Shown piece by piece: positions 42,808-57,325 of a stretch of DNA of 64,000 nucleotides. The position numbers and the translations under genes are program-made. The notes beneath the pieces were generated by a model that was not told the DNA's origin, searched no databases, and saw nothing but the letters and a program-made list of their open reading frames with translations. The number at the start of each line of letters is the position of its first letter. The first letter of the stretch is position 1. Origin of the DNA: Eledone cirrhosa (taxonomy: Eukaryota); contig OZ024765.1 in the NCBI GenBank assembly GCA_964016885.1, positions 15,686,001-15,750,000 on the forward strand, read 5' to 3'.

Positions 42808-43179
42808 ATATATAACATGAATAGATGTTGCAAAGGAGTGACAGGAAGACAAAAAAGGCGGGGAAAATGGCAAAGAATGGTGGAACAATATGAAGTGAAG
42901 ACAGGAAAAAAATCCCCAACAAATAACTCACTGAAAGAAGAAAAAAGTTTTTAAATATATGCAAATTCTATAGAGGATTCTTAGGAACAATACATATCAG
43001 TGACGACAAAGCGTTGACTTTATCTCTGTGCACTCGGCGCCCCCTAACGGCTACAATTAACACGTATTCATAGACAATCATTACATGACTATGGACGCCA
43101 TAACATCTTGTCTGAACTTAACTGGTATGTGTAGATAAAAGATAGGCTTAGATCTATAGATATATAGATATATACTTTG

Positions 43180-43214
<35 letters not shown>

Positions 43215-43256
43215 GTGTGTGTATATATATATATATATTTCTTTTATGAACAGATA

Positions 43257-43309
<53 letters not shown>

Positions 43310-43384
43310 CTGTACTTTTCCCATAGACAATTCTGATTCATATACTTGTTTTTATTATCGTACTATCAGAAATTTCTTTATCTG

Positions 43385-43551
<167 letters not shown>

Positions 43552-43611
43552 CATATATATATGTATATATATATTATATTATATATATTATATATATGTA
43601 TATATATATAC

Positions 43612-43664
<53 letters not shown>

Positions 43665-43776
43665 ATATATATACACATTATATATATATATATATACATA
43701 TATACATATTATATATATAGATATATATTTTATATATATATATATATATATAAAATATATCATATATATGTTATAC

Positions 43777-43810
<34 letters not shown>

Positions 43811-43964
43811 TATATATTGTATAATATATATATATATTATATATATATATAATTATATATTATATCTATCTTTCTATATATATATATATATATATTGTAA
43901 ATATACATACATATATATATATGTATGCACCCCCACCCCCACACACACACAAACATGCACACAC

Positions 43965-44018
<54 letters not shown>

Positions 44019-44852
44019 TATGTGTGTGTGTGTGTGAATGTGAAAATACCTAGATTAAATAACGATATCAAAATGGCGACGAATTGTCCACGCCGGTTTG
44101 ATATCAGCGCCATCTTGTGTGAATGGTAATGTGTCAACAAGTGTTGTGTGGCCAACTGGGACTTCAAAACAACTTTTCTACCTCTGATTGACAGTTATTT
44201 TAACAATGGAAATCTATACCGATTCTCTTATCTTATTCTCTCACCAATTTACTGATCTCATTGAACTGTTGGACTACTGCCATGCTGGGGCACAAAGGCG
44301 AAAGATAATTTAATGATTTTATCCACTAGAAATACGTCGATATTCTGTCATGACCCGGATGGTCATCGGACCGGTGCTTTTTCTGGGTTCTATCGTGTTA
44401 AACGTATGTGAGTACAAGACATCCCTCTAGAGAGGACACCAGACACCGTATGGCTAAAATCTCAGTTCTAACTGATACTAATTTTCAGCTGAGTATACAG
44501 GATCATCATGAAATGAACTGTTTTTCTCAAGAACACAACACACATACCAGTTCAGGAATCGAAGCCACGACATTATAATTGTAAGTCCAGCAACCTTTCC
44601 ACTACATATTTATTTCATTTTCTCTGTCTTTCGTCGAACACAGATTAAAGGATATATAACTAATACATCATAACCTCGGCTCCTAATTGAAGGAGAATAG
44701 TATTTATGTCTACATAAAATTTACATTTAATTATGTAATATACGCTACGTTTTAACGTAACCATTTCTTACTTAATGTTTTAATTACGTTTTCAAGAATA
44801 TGCACGTTTTGCAAATTACACTGACCATTTCAATTATATTCCACATTCTTTC

Positions 44853-44968
44853 TGATACTATACACTCTGTTCTTAAACACCTGGACAGAGTTCGATACTA
44901 TACACTGGGTTCTTAAACATCTGGACAGAGTTCGATACTATACACTGGGTTCTTAAACATCTGGACGC
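44853..44968. repeat. 40 bp tandem repeat x ~3
   Basis: gatactatacactgggttcttaaacatctggacagagttc. Confidence 0.85.
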
Positions 44969-45439
44969 ATACCAAAAATATAACACAACCAGAGAAGCTA
45001 AAATGAGTGACATAAATGAGTTTGATTCACCTACACGTTGTTAAATGTTTCTAGGCTTTAGCGACCCCATGTACATGTATACCACGCTAAACAGAATAAT
45101 ACCCATGAAGTGATAGAATCGTTAGACTCTCGGATATTTATGCGGCCATTACTCAAGTTCTGAGTTCAAATGCTCCAACGTCACATTTGCCTTTCACCTT
45201 TTAAAGGTCGTTAATAAAAACTAACAGTACCAATCCAGGTTTATATCTCTTTCAAATGTCTCTTTCTCGATCATTCCGTGTAAATTATCTGTAGACGGAA
45301 TCTGATGTGTTTATACCTCGAGAGGGGATGGCCTCTGCCAGAATTTTGACGTCCAAAGCACTCCTGATGTCACCAAGGCTAGTATACAACTCTGCCAGAA
45401 ATTATAGGTCCACGGATAGACCGAAAAATATTCTCAGAG

Positions 45440-46830
45440 ATGGTGTTATTTAGAACAACATCGAACAAATCCTTCTCTATGGTTCTTGAGCCTTGCAGCG
45501 TTGTCAACAAAGCCTATTACAACCCTCTTGAGAAAGGCTCAAAATATTTCGGGCTGACCCATCCTATGCTTATTCAGATTTATGGAAACCTCCACAAAGT
45601 AAGTGCGTGACTGAGTGAACGTATTACAAGATTTACTGGTCAATGCTTCCACGCTAACGGTGCGAGGGTTTCAGAGCCCTTGCTGTGGGAGATCTCCTCT
45701 ACTAGAAATGTCAGGTAGTAGTATACCGTAGCAAGCGACATTGAAAATGACAAGACTGCCTTATAAACCGCCATAAGAAACAGAGACTGTTGGTGTAAGT
45801 TTGTACATTTTGTCTCGCCTGAGGGTGGTGGATTAGAAGGCAGAAAGTTAAGATACCAGGATACCATAGCAAGTCACTCTGGAATTAAGAAGTATGACAT
45901 ATAAATCTTAGTGGGGGTACAGAGACTGTTAGCGTGACATTCTGCTTGCTGTCTCTCATGAGGCAGATGGATTCGAAAACAAATTAACTCAGATCAGATA
46001 CCCGGTTACTATGGCAAGAGAAACTGGGATTTTCAAGGAAACACACAGAACCTGAAGGGAAACAGAGATGTTGGCGTTAAGTTGTGCTTGATGTCTCACC
46101 CCAGGGTGATGTCTTAGTCGTCAGAAAGCTCAGATACGAGGATACCATGGTAAGTGACACTGCAGTTGACAAATAAGACATAGAGACATAGAGACATAGA
46201 GAGCTTGATGGGGGAACAGAGACAGTTGGCGTGACGTTGTCTTTTATGGCTCGCCTAAGGGTGATGGCTTAGAAGGCAGAGAGTTCAGATACCACGATAC
46301 CTTAGCAAGTAACACTGGAATTGACAAAGAAGACAGAGACATAGAGAGCTTGATGGGGGACAGAGGCTGTTGGTACGACGTTGTCTTTTATGGCTCGTCT
46401 TAGGGTGACGGCTTAGAAGGCAGAGAGTTCAGATACCACGACACCTTAGCAAGTAACACTGGAATTGACAAAGAAGACAGAGACATAGAGAGCTTGATGG
46501 GGGACAGAAGCTGTTGGTATGACGTTGTCTTTTATGGCTCGCCTAAGGGTGATGGCTTAGAAGGCAGAGAGCTCAGATACCACGATACCTTAACAAGTAA
46601 CACTGGAATTGAGAAAGAAGACAGAGACATAAAGAGATTGATGGGGGACAGATGCTGTTGGTATAACGTTGTCTTTTATTGCTCGTCTTAGGGTGATGGG
46701 TTAGAAGGCAGAAAGCTCAGATACCAAGATACCTTAACAAGTAACACTGGAATTGAGAAAGGAGGCTTACAGACCTTGATGAGGAACAGAGACAGTTGGA
46801 ATGAGGTTGCATTTATGGCTCACCTAAGGG
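45440..46830 (+). mobile_element. Decayed RTE LINE 3' region followed by ~8 x 144 bp tandem copies of its C-terminal coding segment
   Basis: LFRTT/IEQILLYGS*..LLRKAQNIS..THPMLIQIYGNLHKVS..RITRFTGQCFHA..LLWE. Units at 46205, 46350, 46494, 46638 encode GRELRYHDTLTSNTGIEKED..LMGDRCCW. Confidence 0.85.
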
Positions 46831-47138
46831 AAATGGATAAAGGAAAAAATAAATGGATCAAAGCAGCTCCCGAATATTGTTTTTATGTTAGAAAACGAAT
46901 CAGTTTCACTGACATTACATATATTGAAGTTAGGGTGTCAGAAGATTGTGGTAAGAATTTCTGTCAAAGAGCTACCGGAATACATTCACATCTTCCTAGT
47001 TCTATTAATATAAAGTCGTTCCATTATGCAGCGAATAATTGGTCGCTTGTAGGAGAGATTGTATAATATATACATGACTGCTCAGAGGCAGGCATATGAA
47101 TATAACACGTACACGTGCTAACATGTGACATTATATAT

Positions 47139-47216
<78 letters not shown>

Positions 47217-47273
47217 TTACAATATACACCGACACAAGCATGTATATATATATATATATATATGCATATAGAT

Positions 47274-47328
<55 letters not shown>

Positions 47329-47346
47329 CTATATAGATTCACACAA

Positions 47347-47432
<86 letters not shown>

Positions 47433-47517
47433 GTATATTTATATATATATATAGATGTATATTTATATAAATATATTTACAATATACATTCACAGGCGCA
47501 TGTATGTATACATAAAT

Positions 47518-47548
<31 letters not shown>

Positions 47549-47785
47549 GGAGTAAGACCCCGACGGTTGAGCTCAAGCCGTTTCGACGTATGAATATATA
47601 TATATGTATATATATGTATGAATATATATATATGTATGAATATATATATATGTATATATATGTATGAATATATATATATGTATGAATATATATATATGTA
47701 TATATATGTATGAATATATATATATAAATATATATATATATGTGTATGAATATATATATATATATAAATAAATAAATATAAATAA

Positions 47786-47850
<65 letters not shown>

Positions 47851-48035
47851 GCCCATGCATTAGGTTTGTGAATTTCCCGAATGTAATGTGTTAGCGTATA
47901 ATGAGTCAGTTGTCTTATCAACTCCATGAATAAAATTACAACCTTTTTAACATAGCTTGGATTTATATTCGTCTTAGAGCATTTACATATATGTATATAT
48001 ACATAATCCTTGTATATATACATAATCTATGTATT

Positions 48036-48077
<42 letters not shown>

Positions 48078-48289
48078 TGTAGTATATAAATCTGCATATA
48101 TATATATATATATATATACACTCACACAATGTATATATGTATCCATATATATACGTGCGCGTGTGTGCATATCTATATTTTCTATCTGTCCATTTAACTT
48201 TACATACACACACACAAACTCCACCCACAGACAGACATGTACACATCGATCTATCTATCTATTTATCTATCTATATATATACCTATCTA

Positions 48290-48328
48290 TCTACCCCCAT
48301 AGCTCTCTGTCTCCATCTACATATCTAC

Positions 48329-48361
<33 letters not shown>

Positions 48362-48434
48362 GTTTTTATTCTATTTAAACTTCCCCTTTGTATGTGTCCC
48401 CTTCTTTTATGCCCCTGTGTCTAATAAAGAAACA

Positions 48435-48474
<40 letters not shown>

Positions 48475-48548
48475 GTTTTTATTCTATGTAAACTTCCCCC
48501 TTTGTATTTGTCCCCTTCCTTTGTGTCCCTGTGTCTAATAAAGAAACA

Positions 48549-48592
<44 letters not shown>

Positions 48593-48666
48593 GTTTTTAT
48601 TCTATGTAAACTTCCCCCTTTGTATTTGTCCCCTTCCTTTGTGTCCCTGTGGCTAATAAAGAAACA

Positions 48667-48719
<53 letters not shown>

Positions 48720-48760
48720 CTCTGTCTCCATTTACCTATATATCTATCTATCTATCTCGC
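48290..48760. repeat. ~115-120 bp tandem repeat x3 with (TCTA)n spacers
   Basis: cgtttttattctatgtaaacttcccc...ctaataaagaaacata at ~48361, 48474, 48592. Confidence 0.88.
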
Positions 48761-49051
48761 TGCCTTGACATAGGATTGTTATAAAGAACGGGACGCAGGA
48801 TGATATAAACCGTTTTTCCATTTTCCGATATCGATTAAAGATATATCGGCGAGGTCCTGCGGGACAGATTTTCCTGGTGTATAGTCCTTGGAAATTTAGA
48901 AATCTGAAAATCAATGAATTTGGAGGACTTTGTTCCAATTCGAGTGGGGGATACCAGAACTTTGGCAACTTCATACAATGGCGACATTTGTTGGAGAATT
49001 TCTACAATTTTTATTTTGAATATTCGGCGTCGACCAATGTGTCAACCAATT

Positions 49052-49241
49052 AGTGGATTGGCAGTATCGGTAGAGGGTCGGACGCCATGCCTTGAAGCAT
49101 AGAGTTACCTCCCTTGACGATCTGAGTTCAAATGCCGCCGAGGTTAACTTTGCCTTTCATCCTTGCAGGGTCGATAAAATAAAGTACCAGTAATACACTG
49201 GGATAATTGCTGGCCTTGTGCCAAAAGTAGAAACAATCATT
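49052..49241 (+). mobile_element. SINE family 1
   Basis: A box tggcagtatcgg, B box gagttcaaatgc, core and tail. Confidence 0.9.
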
Positions 49242-49646
49242 ACTATATATGTATATATATATATATATATAGTTAAAAGAATATAGGTGTAACACACAAG
49301 TTATTATATATTGGTAAACGGAATAGAAAATGCTGACATATATATATATATAGAAGTGGTTACACAAGAGTTAGTTCGCCATACCGAGAACAATTGTTTC
49401 GCCTTAGCGGATCCCCAGCTAGTAAAGGAAATGGTTTTAAGGAACAGGAAGGACAACCGCACGAACGTGCATGCGCAGAAACGATCACTTCACACAGGCA
49501 ATACTAAATTGCGCGCGAGAGGTGTCAGGGAGATAACTGCGGAATCCGAAAGTTTTTAGTTGATAAGAAAATTAGGACGTTGTTATTCAATCCGGAGCTT
49601 TGTAGTTATGTAAGAGGTGTTTCCAGACGTATCGACAACGTGCGAA

Positions 49647-49690
<44 letters not shown>

Positions 49691-49726
49691 ATATAAGATC
49701 AAAAGATGGTTAAAGGAGTTCCATAT

Positions 49727-49794
49727 ATTTTATTATGCGCATTTCAAAAACAAACATCATCAAGCAATAATATTTGTGTTTTCATCAGATAAAA
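49727..49794 (-). ncRNA. Type I minimal hammerhead ribozyme in a solo PLE terminus (49685-49855)
   Basis: ttttat-CTGATGA...GAAA-TGCGCA-TA-ataaaa. Homologous to 15514-15685. Confidence 0.75.
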
Positions 49795-49929
49795 CAGGAG
49801 AACATGATATGAAGGCTAAAAAACACTTGTTGATAGTGCAGTTTTAAATCAACATATATATATCATATATATATCAACATATATATATATATCAACATAT
49901 ATATATATATATATTAATTTATTAACATA

Positions 49930-50170
49930 ACAGATTAAAGTTTAAGCAAATAATCGCTGCTTTCACCCTTAACGGGATCTTCTGAAACTAAAAAAATAAA
50001 TCTGTGAACGCAGAAGTAAATATTTCGAAAAACGTTGCATCAGATTCATTTTTTTAGTTTCAGAAGATCCCGTTAAGGGTGAAAGCAGCGATTCTTTACT
50101 TAAACTTTAATCTCTTATTTTTATTAATATTTGCTCTAGGGTTCTTATATATTTGATATATATTTATCTT
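49930..50170. mobile_element. Fold-back element (no HHR), homologous pieces at 20885-20970 and ~36400-36445
   Basis: Arms gattaaagtttaag..tcgctgctttcacccttaacgggatcttctgaaact and its reverse complement. Tail aatatttgctcta.ggttc..atatatttgatata. Confidence 0.75.
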
Positions 50171-50215
50171 CATTGATCTCTCTTTGGATTTTAGTGTACA
50201 CATTTATTATTATTG

Positions 50216-50276
<61 letters not shown>

Positions 50277-50542
50277 GATCCCAACTAAGGCACTCAATCC
50301 GTTGGTAGATTGTAAATATTATTTAATATAGAAATGGCTTCTACGGGATTAGAACTGTTTCATTGATATAAAATCACCAGGAAAGCCCTAATATGTATTC
50401 GTACACACATGCGCGCACACACACATATATATATATATATATAGATAGCAAAGAAAGAGTTGTAAGAAACCAGTTGGACAATAACGCACATCTCTAGCTG
50501 TCGAAACAGCCGTAGAACAGCCGTCGGGGCCCTTCCTCTTTT

Positions 50543-50626
<84 letters not shown>

Positions 50627-50631
<5 letters not shown>

Positions 50632-50916
50632 AAATGTGTGTAATCCTTGGTACAGTTAGGTATATTAAGACAGGGGGGAAGAAAAAAATGGCTTCATTTG
50701 TGCTTTCAACAAATTTATTTTCTTCACAAAATCCCAAAGGAATTTTTTTCCGGATTAGAAACAATTTTTTTAAACCAACCAACAACTTAATTTATTTTAA
50801 AAAAATTTCTTTTAACAAAATTTTTTCTAATCCGGTAAAAAATTATTTTTGGATTTTGTGAAGAAAATAAATTTGTTGAAAGCACAAGTGAAGCCATTTT
50901 TTACTTCCCCCCTGTC

Positions 50917-50922
<6 letters not shown>
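50627..50922. mobile_element. Fold-back element (no HHR), ~110 bp arms plus short tail
   Basis: tattaagacagggggg...gctttcaacaaattt...ccggattagaaa pairs with tttctaatccgg...gttgaaagcac...cccctgtcttaata-(TA)n. Confidence 0.8.
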
Positions 50923-50975
<53 letters not shown>

Positions 50976-50977
<2 letters not shown>

Positions 50978-51170
50978 AGGAAAATGTTTAACCCCGACGA
51001 CAGAGGTCAAGCCGTTTCGACGGCTATTTCTGGACTGGAATAGCCGTCGAAACGGCTTGAGCTCTGCCGTCGGGGTCAAACATTTTCCTATTACTAACTC
51101 TACTAACCTAAGTATTGAGGACTCTGGTGCGTTATGGCCCATCTGGTTCCTTAACACAATTCCTTCGTTA
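50976..51170. mobile_element. Family A fold-back mini-element (further diverged copies at 47547-47588 and 50445-50546)
   Basis: Short arm on the left, long arm with tail on the right ending ttccttcgt-(TA)n. Confidence 0.85.
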
Positions 51171-51481
51171 TATATATATACATATATATATATATATAAT
51201 AGCTTTCACCATATTTTTTACTAAAGGAATTTTAGCCAGGATAATGGGGTTTAGAACCCTCAGATAAATGGAAAAAGATAGGTCAATACTCATCTTTTTC
51301 CATTTATCTGAGGGTTCTAAACCCCATTATCCTGGCTAAAATTCCTTTAGTCAAAAATACGGTGAAAGCTATTATATTTTCTAATTTCAAACCTGCTCAC
51401 TGTTTCAAAACATACTTACTTCATATATATATATATATATATATATTTGTAAATATATATATAAATTTATATACATAAACT

Positions 51482-51548
<67 letters not shown>

Positions 51549-51585
51549 GTATATATATATATATGTATATACATATATATATATG

Positions 51586-51655
<70 letters not shown>

Positions 51656-51670
51656 CATATATATATATAC

Positions 51671-51703
<33 letters not shown>

Positions 51704-51711
51704 TATGTAAA

Positions 51712-51751
<40 letters not shown>

Positions 51752-51795
51752 CATATATATATATACATATATATATATATACACATATATATAGG

Positions 51796-51853
<58 letters not shown>

Positions 51854-51856
51854 CGT

Positions 51857-51965
<109 letters not shown>

Positions 51966-52207
51966 TACATATATATATACATATATATATATATATACGT
52001 TGCTATTTGGATGGATATTTTGAAAATGTGATCCGAATATACATGCAGATATCGTATAGTTTATGGAATTCCATGAATATAATCAAATTGTAATAGATTG
52101 TATATGGTGTATGTTGTATCTAGAAATGTCTATATCGTGTTGGTGTATACACGTGGGTTTATATATTTCTATCTATCTCTATCTACCTTTATCTCTCTCT
52201 ATCCCCC

Positions 52208-52322
<115 letters not shown>

Positions 52323-52541
52323 TTATATATATATATAGCTTACCCTCTTTCTCTGTCTGTCTGTATATATATTGTTATATATATATGCATATATGTATAT
52401 GTATATATATATGTGTGTACGTATATGTACGTATATCTATGTATATATATTTATGTATATATATATCTATATCTATATATATGTAGATATCTATATATGT
52501 ATGTATATATATACGTATGTATATATATATATGTATATATA

Positions 52542-52603
<62 letters not shown>

Positions 52604-52651
52604 TCTGTATATATTTACACACACACAGGCACACACACACACACACACACA

Positions 52652-52695
<44 letters not shown>

Positions 52696-52708
52696 TGTGT
52701 ATGTATTT

Positions 52709-52751
<43 letters not shown>

Positions 52752-52999
52752 CATATATACATATATATGTATATATATATATATGTGTGTCTGTGTATAT
52801 ATATATATACATAAATAATATAGACATATATAAACAATTATGCACATATATATATGAATATGATTCAATATTGATGTATAATGTATGTAAATAGGTCTAA
52901 TGGTGATCCTTCAAAACCTTGCATAACTATATATTCGTACATATACACACACACACACATATATACATAAACATATATGTCTATATACATTCATATATT

Positions 53000-53048
<49 letters not shown>

Positions 53049-53114
53049 ATATGTGTGTGTGTATATATATATACGTATATATAAACATATATATATATAT
53101 GTGTTTATGTGTAT

Positions 53115-53169
<55 letters not shown>

Positions 53170-53459
53170 TAGGCATATATACTAATATGTTAGTGTGTAT
53201 ATACGTGTGTGTATATACGTGTGTGTAGGACATATGTGTGCATTGCTTGTTAAGTCCAATCTGTTTTTCTCCCTCGGATTGTAGCTACATGCTTTGTTTA
53301 AACAATTCCATTTTCTCCTGCAGTAAATAGATTTTTGATTCTATTAGCTTAGATCGCTGTCCAAACCGATCACGGTGACCTGGAAAAACTTCCCATATTA
53401 CAACGTGATCCACAGAACCATCACCCTAATTTATTTAGTTGGAAAAGATGGCCCTCCTT

Positions 53460-53770
53460 CGGTCACGACACCAAACTTCCAGTTGGTCTGATCAACGGAA
53501 GAGCTGGCTGGCTCGTGAAATTAACTTACATGTAGGTGGGCATTCCACAGACACGAGTACCATTACCGTAGTTCTCAGGGAGATTCAGCGTGTCACAGAA
53601 TGTGTCAAGGCTGGCCTTTCGCATTACTGACGCGACTCATATTTAATAGCTGAGTGGATTGAAGGAACGTGAAATAAAGTGTCTTGCTCAACGAAAGAAC
53701 GAGACACCGGGAAACGAACTCATGAACTTCCGATTGTGACCCGAAGACCCAAACCACAAGGCCACGCGCT
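53460..53770 (-). mobile_element. tRNA-derived SINE family 2, long form
   Basis: Minus head gcgcgtggccttgtggtt, B box-like gagttcgtttcc, core ttgagcaagacactttatttcac, and body. Confidence 0.75.
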
Positions 53771-53794
53771 TTCTTTTATTATTTAGATAACGTA

Positions 53795-54345
53795 AGGGCA
53801 ATGGATCGACAGTATCGCTAGAGGGTTGGGCGCCATGATTTGCAGCAAAAAGTCACGGCCCTTCATGATCAGAGTTCAAATCCTGCCGAGGTTAACTTTG
53901 CCTTTCAAACTTTCAGGGTCGATAACATAAAGTACCAGTAATACACTGGGATAATTGCTAGCCTGGTGCCAAAAGTAGAAATAATTATTTATCAGTAGAG
54001 GGTCGGAAGCCATGCTTTGCAGCATAGAGTTACGGCCCTTTATGATTTGAGTTCAAATCCCGCCGAAGTTGACTTTGCCTTTCAAATTTTCAGGGTTGAT
54101 AAAATAAAGTACCAGTAATGCACTGGGATAATTGCTGGCCTGGTGCCAAAAGTAGAAACAATTATTTATCAGTAGAGGCTCGGAAGCCATGCTTTGCAGC
54201 ATAGAGTTACGGTCCTTTATGATTTGAGTTCAAATCCCGCCGAGGTTGACTTTGCCTTTCATCGTTACGGGATCGATAAAATAAAGTACCAGTAATAGAC
54301 TGGGATAATTGCTGGCCTTATGTCAAAAGTAGAAACCATTATTTA
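53795..54345 (+). mobile_element. SINE family 1 head-to-tail trimer within one TSD
   Basis: Three copies. attatttagataac at 53778-53791 and 54338-54351. Confidence 0.92.
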
Positions 54346-54719
54346 GATAACCTTGTTGCACTTATCACGGAACAAGGTAGGATGGTCCCAAACTAACGCT
54401 TTTACATTATGTCTCACTTGTTGACACTGTTGCTGCGAGTGTCTCTGTTCATTCTCCGTGGTACCGCATTTATCTGTTGATCCATGAGGCGCAGCTGTGT
54501 CACCTCTCAGATTGGGGTGTAGTACCTGTCCCTCCGTCTATCTACTGCACATCATACCTCTAAATATCACATTTTACTAACATCACAAAATCCTTCTGTA
54601 TATGTTGTGACCACAGCGTACTGGGACTAGAGTCCATCAAACTCCATCTTCTCCTCTCATACTTCTGTGACTCCAGAGTCCTTTCCCTTGTCCTTCACAT
54701 TCAGTTTGTAAATATATAG

Positions 54720-55935
54720 CAGTGGAAACTTCTGATGTCCTTGGCCCTAGGGATACCTCCCTACTTACCACCATAGGCGCTGATCTGGCTACTTCTAGTA
54801 GTGTAGACTTCTGATGTCCTTGGACCTAGGGATATTTCCCTACTTACCACCATAGGCGCTGATCTGGATACTTCTAGTAGTGGAGACTTCTGGTGTCCTT
54901 GGACCTAGGGATATTTCCCTACTTACCACCATAGGCGCTGATATGGATACTTCTAGTAGTGGAGACTTCAGGTGTCCTTGGACCTAGGGATATTTCCTTA
55001 CTTACCACCATAGGCACTGATCTGGATACTTCTAGTAGTGGAGACTTCTGGTGTCCTTGGACCTAGGGATATTTCCCTACTTACCACCATAGGCACTGAT
55101 CTGGATACTTCTAGTAGTGGAGACTTCTGGTGTCCTTGGACCTAGGGATATTTCCCTACTTACCACCATAGGCGCTGATCTGGATACTTCTAGTAGTGGA
55201 GACTTCTGGTGTCCTTGGACCTAGGGATATTTCCCTACTTACCACCATAGGCGCTGATCTGGATACTTCTAGTAGTGGAGACTTCTGGTGTCCTTGGACC
55301 TAGGGATATTTCCCTACTTACCACCATAGGCACTGATCTGGATACTTCTAGTAGTGGAGACTTCTGGTGTCCTTGGACCTAGGGATATTTCCCTACTTAC
55401 CACCATAGGCACTGATCTGGATACTTCTAGTAGTGGAGACTTCTGGTGTCCTTGGACCTAGGGATATTTCCCTACTTACCACCATAGGCGCTGATCTGGA
55501 TACTTCTAGTAGTGGAGACTTCTGGTGTCCTTGGACCTAGGGATATTTCCCTACTTACCACCATAGGCGCTGATCTGGATACTTCTAGTAGTGGAGACTT
55601 CAGGTGTCCTTGGACCTAGGGATATTTCCCTACTTACCACCATAGGCGCTGATCTGGATACTTCTGGTAGTGGAGACTTCTGATGCCCTTGGACCTACTG
55701 GATATTTCCCTACTTACCACCATAGGCGCTGATCTGGATACTTCTGGTAGTGGAGACTCCTGATGCCCTTGGACCTACGGATATTTCCCTACTTACCACC
55801 ATAGGCGCTGAGCTGGCTACAGTAGTAGTGGAGATTTCTTGTGCCCTTGGTCCTAGGGCTACCTCCCTACTCACCACAGTAGGCGCTGAGTGGCTACTTC
55901 TAGTAGTGGAGACTTCTGGTGTTCTTGGGCCTAGG
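54720..55935 (+). repeat. 79 bp minisatellite x ~15, derived from a restriction-like endonuclease segment of a CRE-like LINE
   Basis: Unit gtggagacttctggtgtccttggacctagggatatttccctacttaccaccataggcgctgatctggatacttctagta. Encodes VETSGVLGPR..SLLTTIGA, homologous to 62745-63130. Confidence 0.92.
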
Positions 55936-56147
55936 GGCCGTGGGGAAACCACAAGCTCGTGGAACTCCATTTGCTCATAATACAGCGAGATGGGGAGGGC
56001 GAGAGAGATGGAGGCGATGACAGTGGGAGTTCGGCTCTTCCATGTTCGGACCTGGTGTGCAGCGTCAGTTGTCCGTAGGGAGGTAGTAGTTTGTACTTAG
56101 GGATAGTTTTTAGAAACTTGTGTTTGCGATTCCTATACGCATTATTT

Positions 56148-56445
56148 GATTTTGCCTTTCATCCTTACGGGGTCGATAAAATAAAGTACCAGTAATGTAC
56201 TGGGTGATTGCTGGCCTTGTGCCTAAATTTAAAAAAAAAATTATTAATTGTTAAATAGGGCGGTGGATTGGCAGCATGGGTAGAGGGTCGGACGCCATGC
56301 TTTGCAGCACACGTCCCTTTACGGACTGAGTTCAAATCCCGCCGAGGTTAACTTTGCCTTTCATCCTTACGGGGTCGATAAAATAAAGTACCAGTAATAA
56401 ACTCGTATTATTGCTGGCCTTGTGCCAAAAGTAGAAACAATTATT
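56148..56445 (+). mobile_element. SINE family 1, partial plus full copy
   Basis: 56148-56240 and 56258-56445. Confidence 0.88.
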
Positions 56446-56488
56446 AATTGTCAAATATATTTTAACATATATTGGTATATAAAAGGAA

Positions 56489-56547
<59 letters not shown>

Positions 56548-56699
56548 ATGAGTTATATGCGTTTTATCTGTTTAATATATCCCTATTAAGTTATATCCTA
56601 CGAAATTTTAAGATTGTATTACACATATCCGTTGCAAGCTGCTATAGTGATATTTTCCATTTATTACTATTGTTAATAGGATATATATATATATATATA

Positions 56700-56837
56700 T
56701 GCAGAGGTTATATTTAATTTGTTGGGATTCAACATACTTAAAAATATTTATAACTAGTATAAAGCACTCAACAAGTGAAATATGTATAATAAAATAAAAA
56801 TGGTTTTATAAATATAGTTTCCATTTGTTAATATATT

Positions 56838-56840
<3 letters not shown>
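56700..56840. mobile_element. Family B minimal fold-back (tail plus inverted arm starting at the HHR GAAA)
   Basis: gcagaggttatatttaa...aaagcactcaacaagt | GAAATATGTATAataaaata... Confidence 0.8.
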
Positions 56841-56897
<57 letters not shown>

Positions 56898-56901
<4 letters not shown>

Positions 56902-57035
56902 CAGAATTAGCCGTCGACACGGCTTGAGCTCAGCCGTCGGGGTCCTACTCGTTCCTATTACCCACTCTACTACCCTAAGTATTGAGTACTTTGGTGCGTT
57001 ATGCTCCATCTGGTTCCGTACCACATTTCCCTCGT

Positions 57036-57036
<1 letters not shown>
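56898..57036 (+). mobile_element. Family A single long arm (reference unit, ~138 bp)
   Basis: (TA)n-gtccagaattagccgtc...ttccctcgt-(TA)n. Confidence 0.85.
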
Positions 57037-57066
<30 letters not shown>

Positions 57067-57325
57067 TTCTGTATATGCCACTGATCACCACTGCTCATCA
57101 TGGCCTTACCATTTTACTAGAAATAACACCGAAATATTTTGGAAATTCTACCTCTAGACGACTATATGTTAGATACAAGCCGATATCACTAGATGTCGCG
57201 GTCTTGTTTATACATTCCTTTCTACCTACTCTGTTTAATGCCATGCATAGAGAAATAACCTGGTTAGTGGTCTACTCGGCCACGGTACCGCTTACGTAAA
57301 CTCGCAACGTGTGTGTGGACGCAAG

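Noticed and set aside
54720-55935. CRISPR-like regular array
   Set aside because: Contiguous 79 bp units without unique spacers, no cas genes, and LINE-derived.
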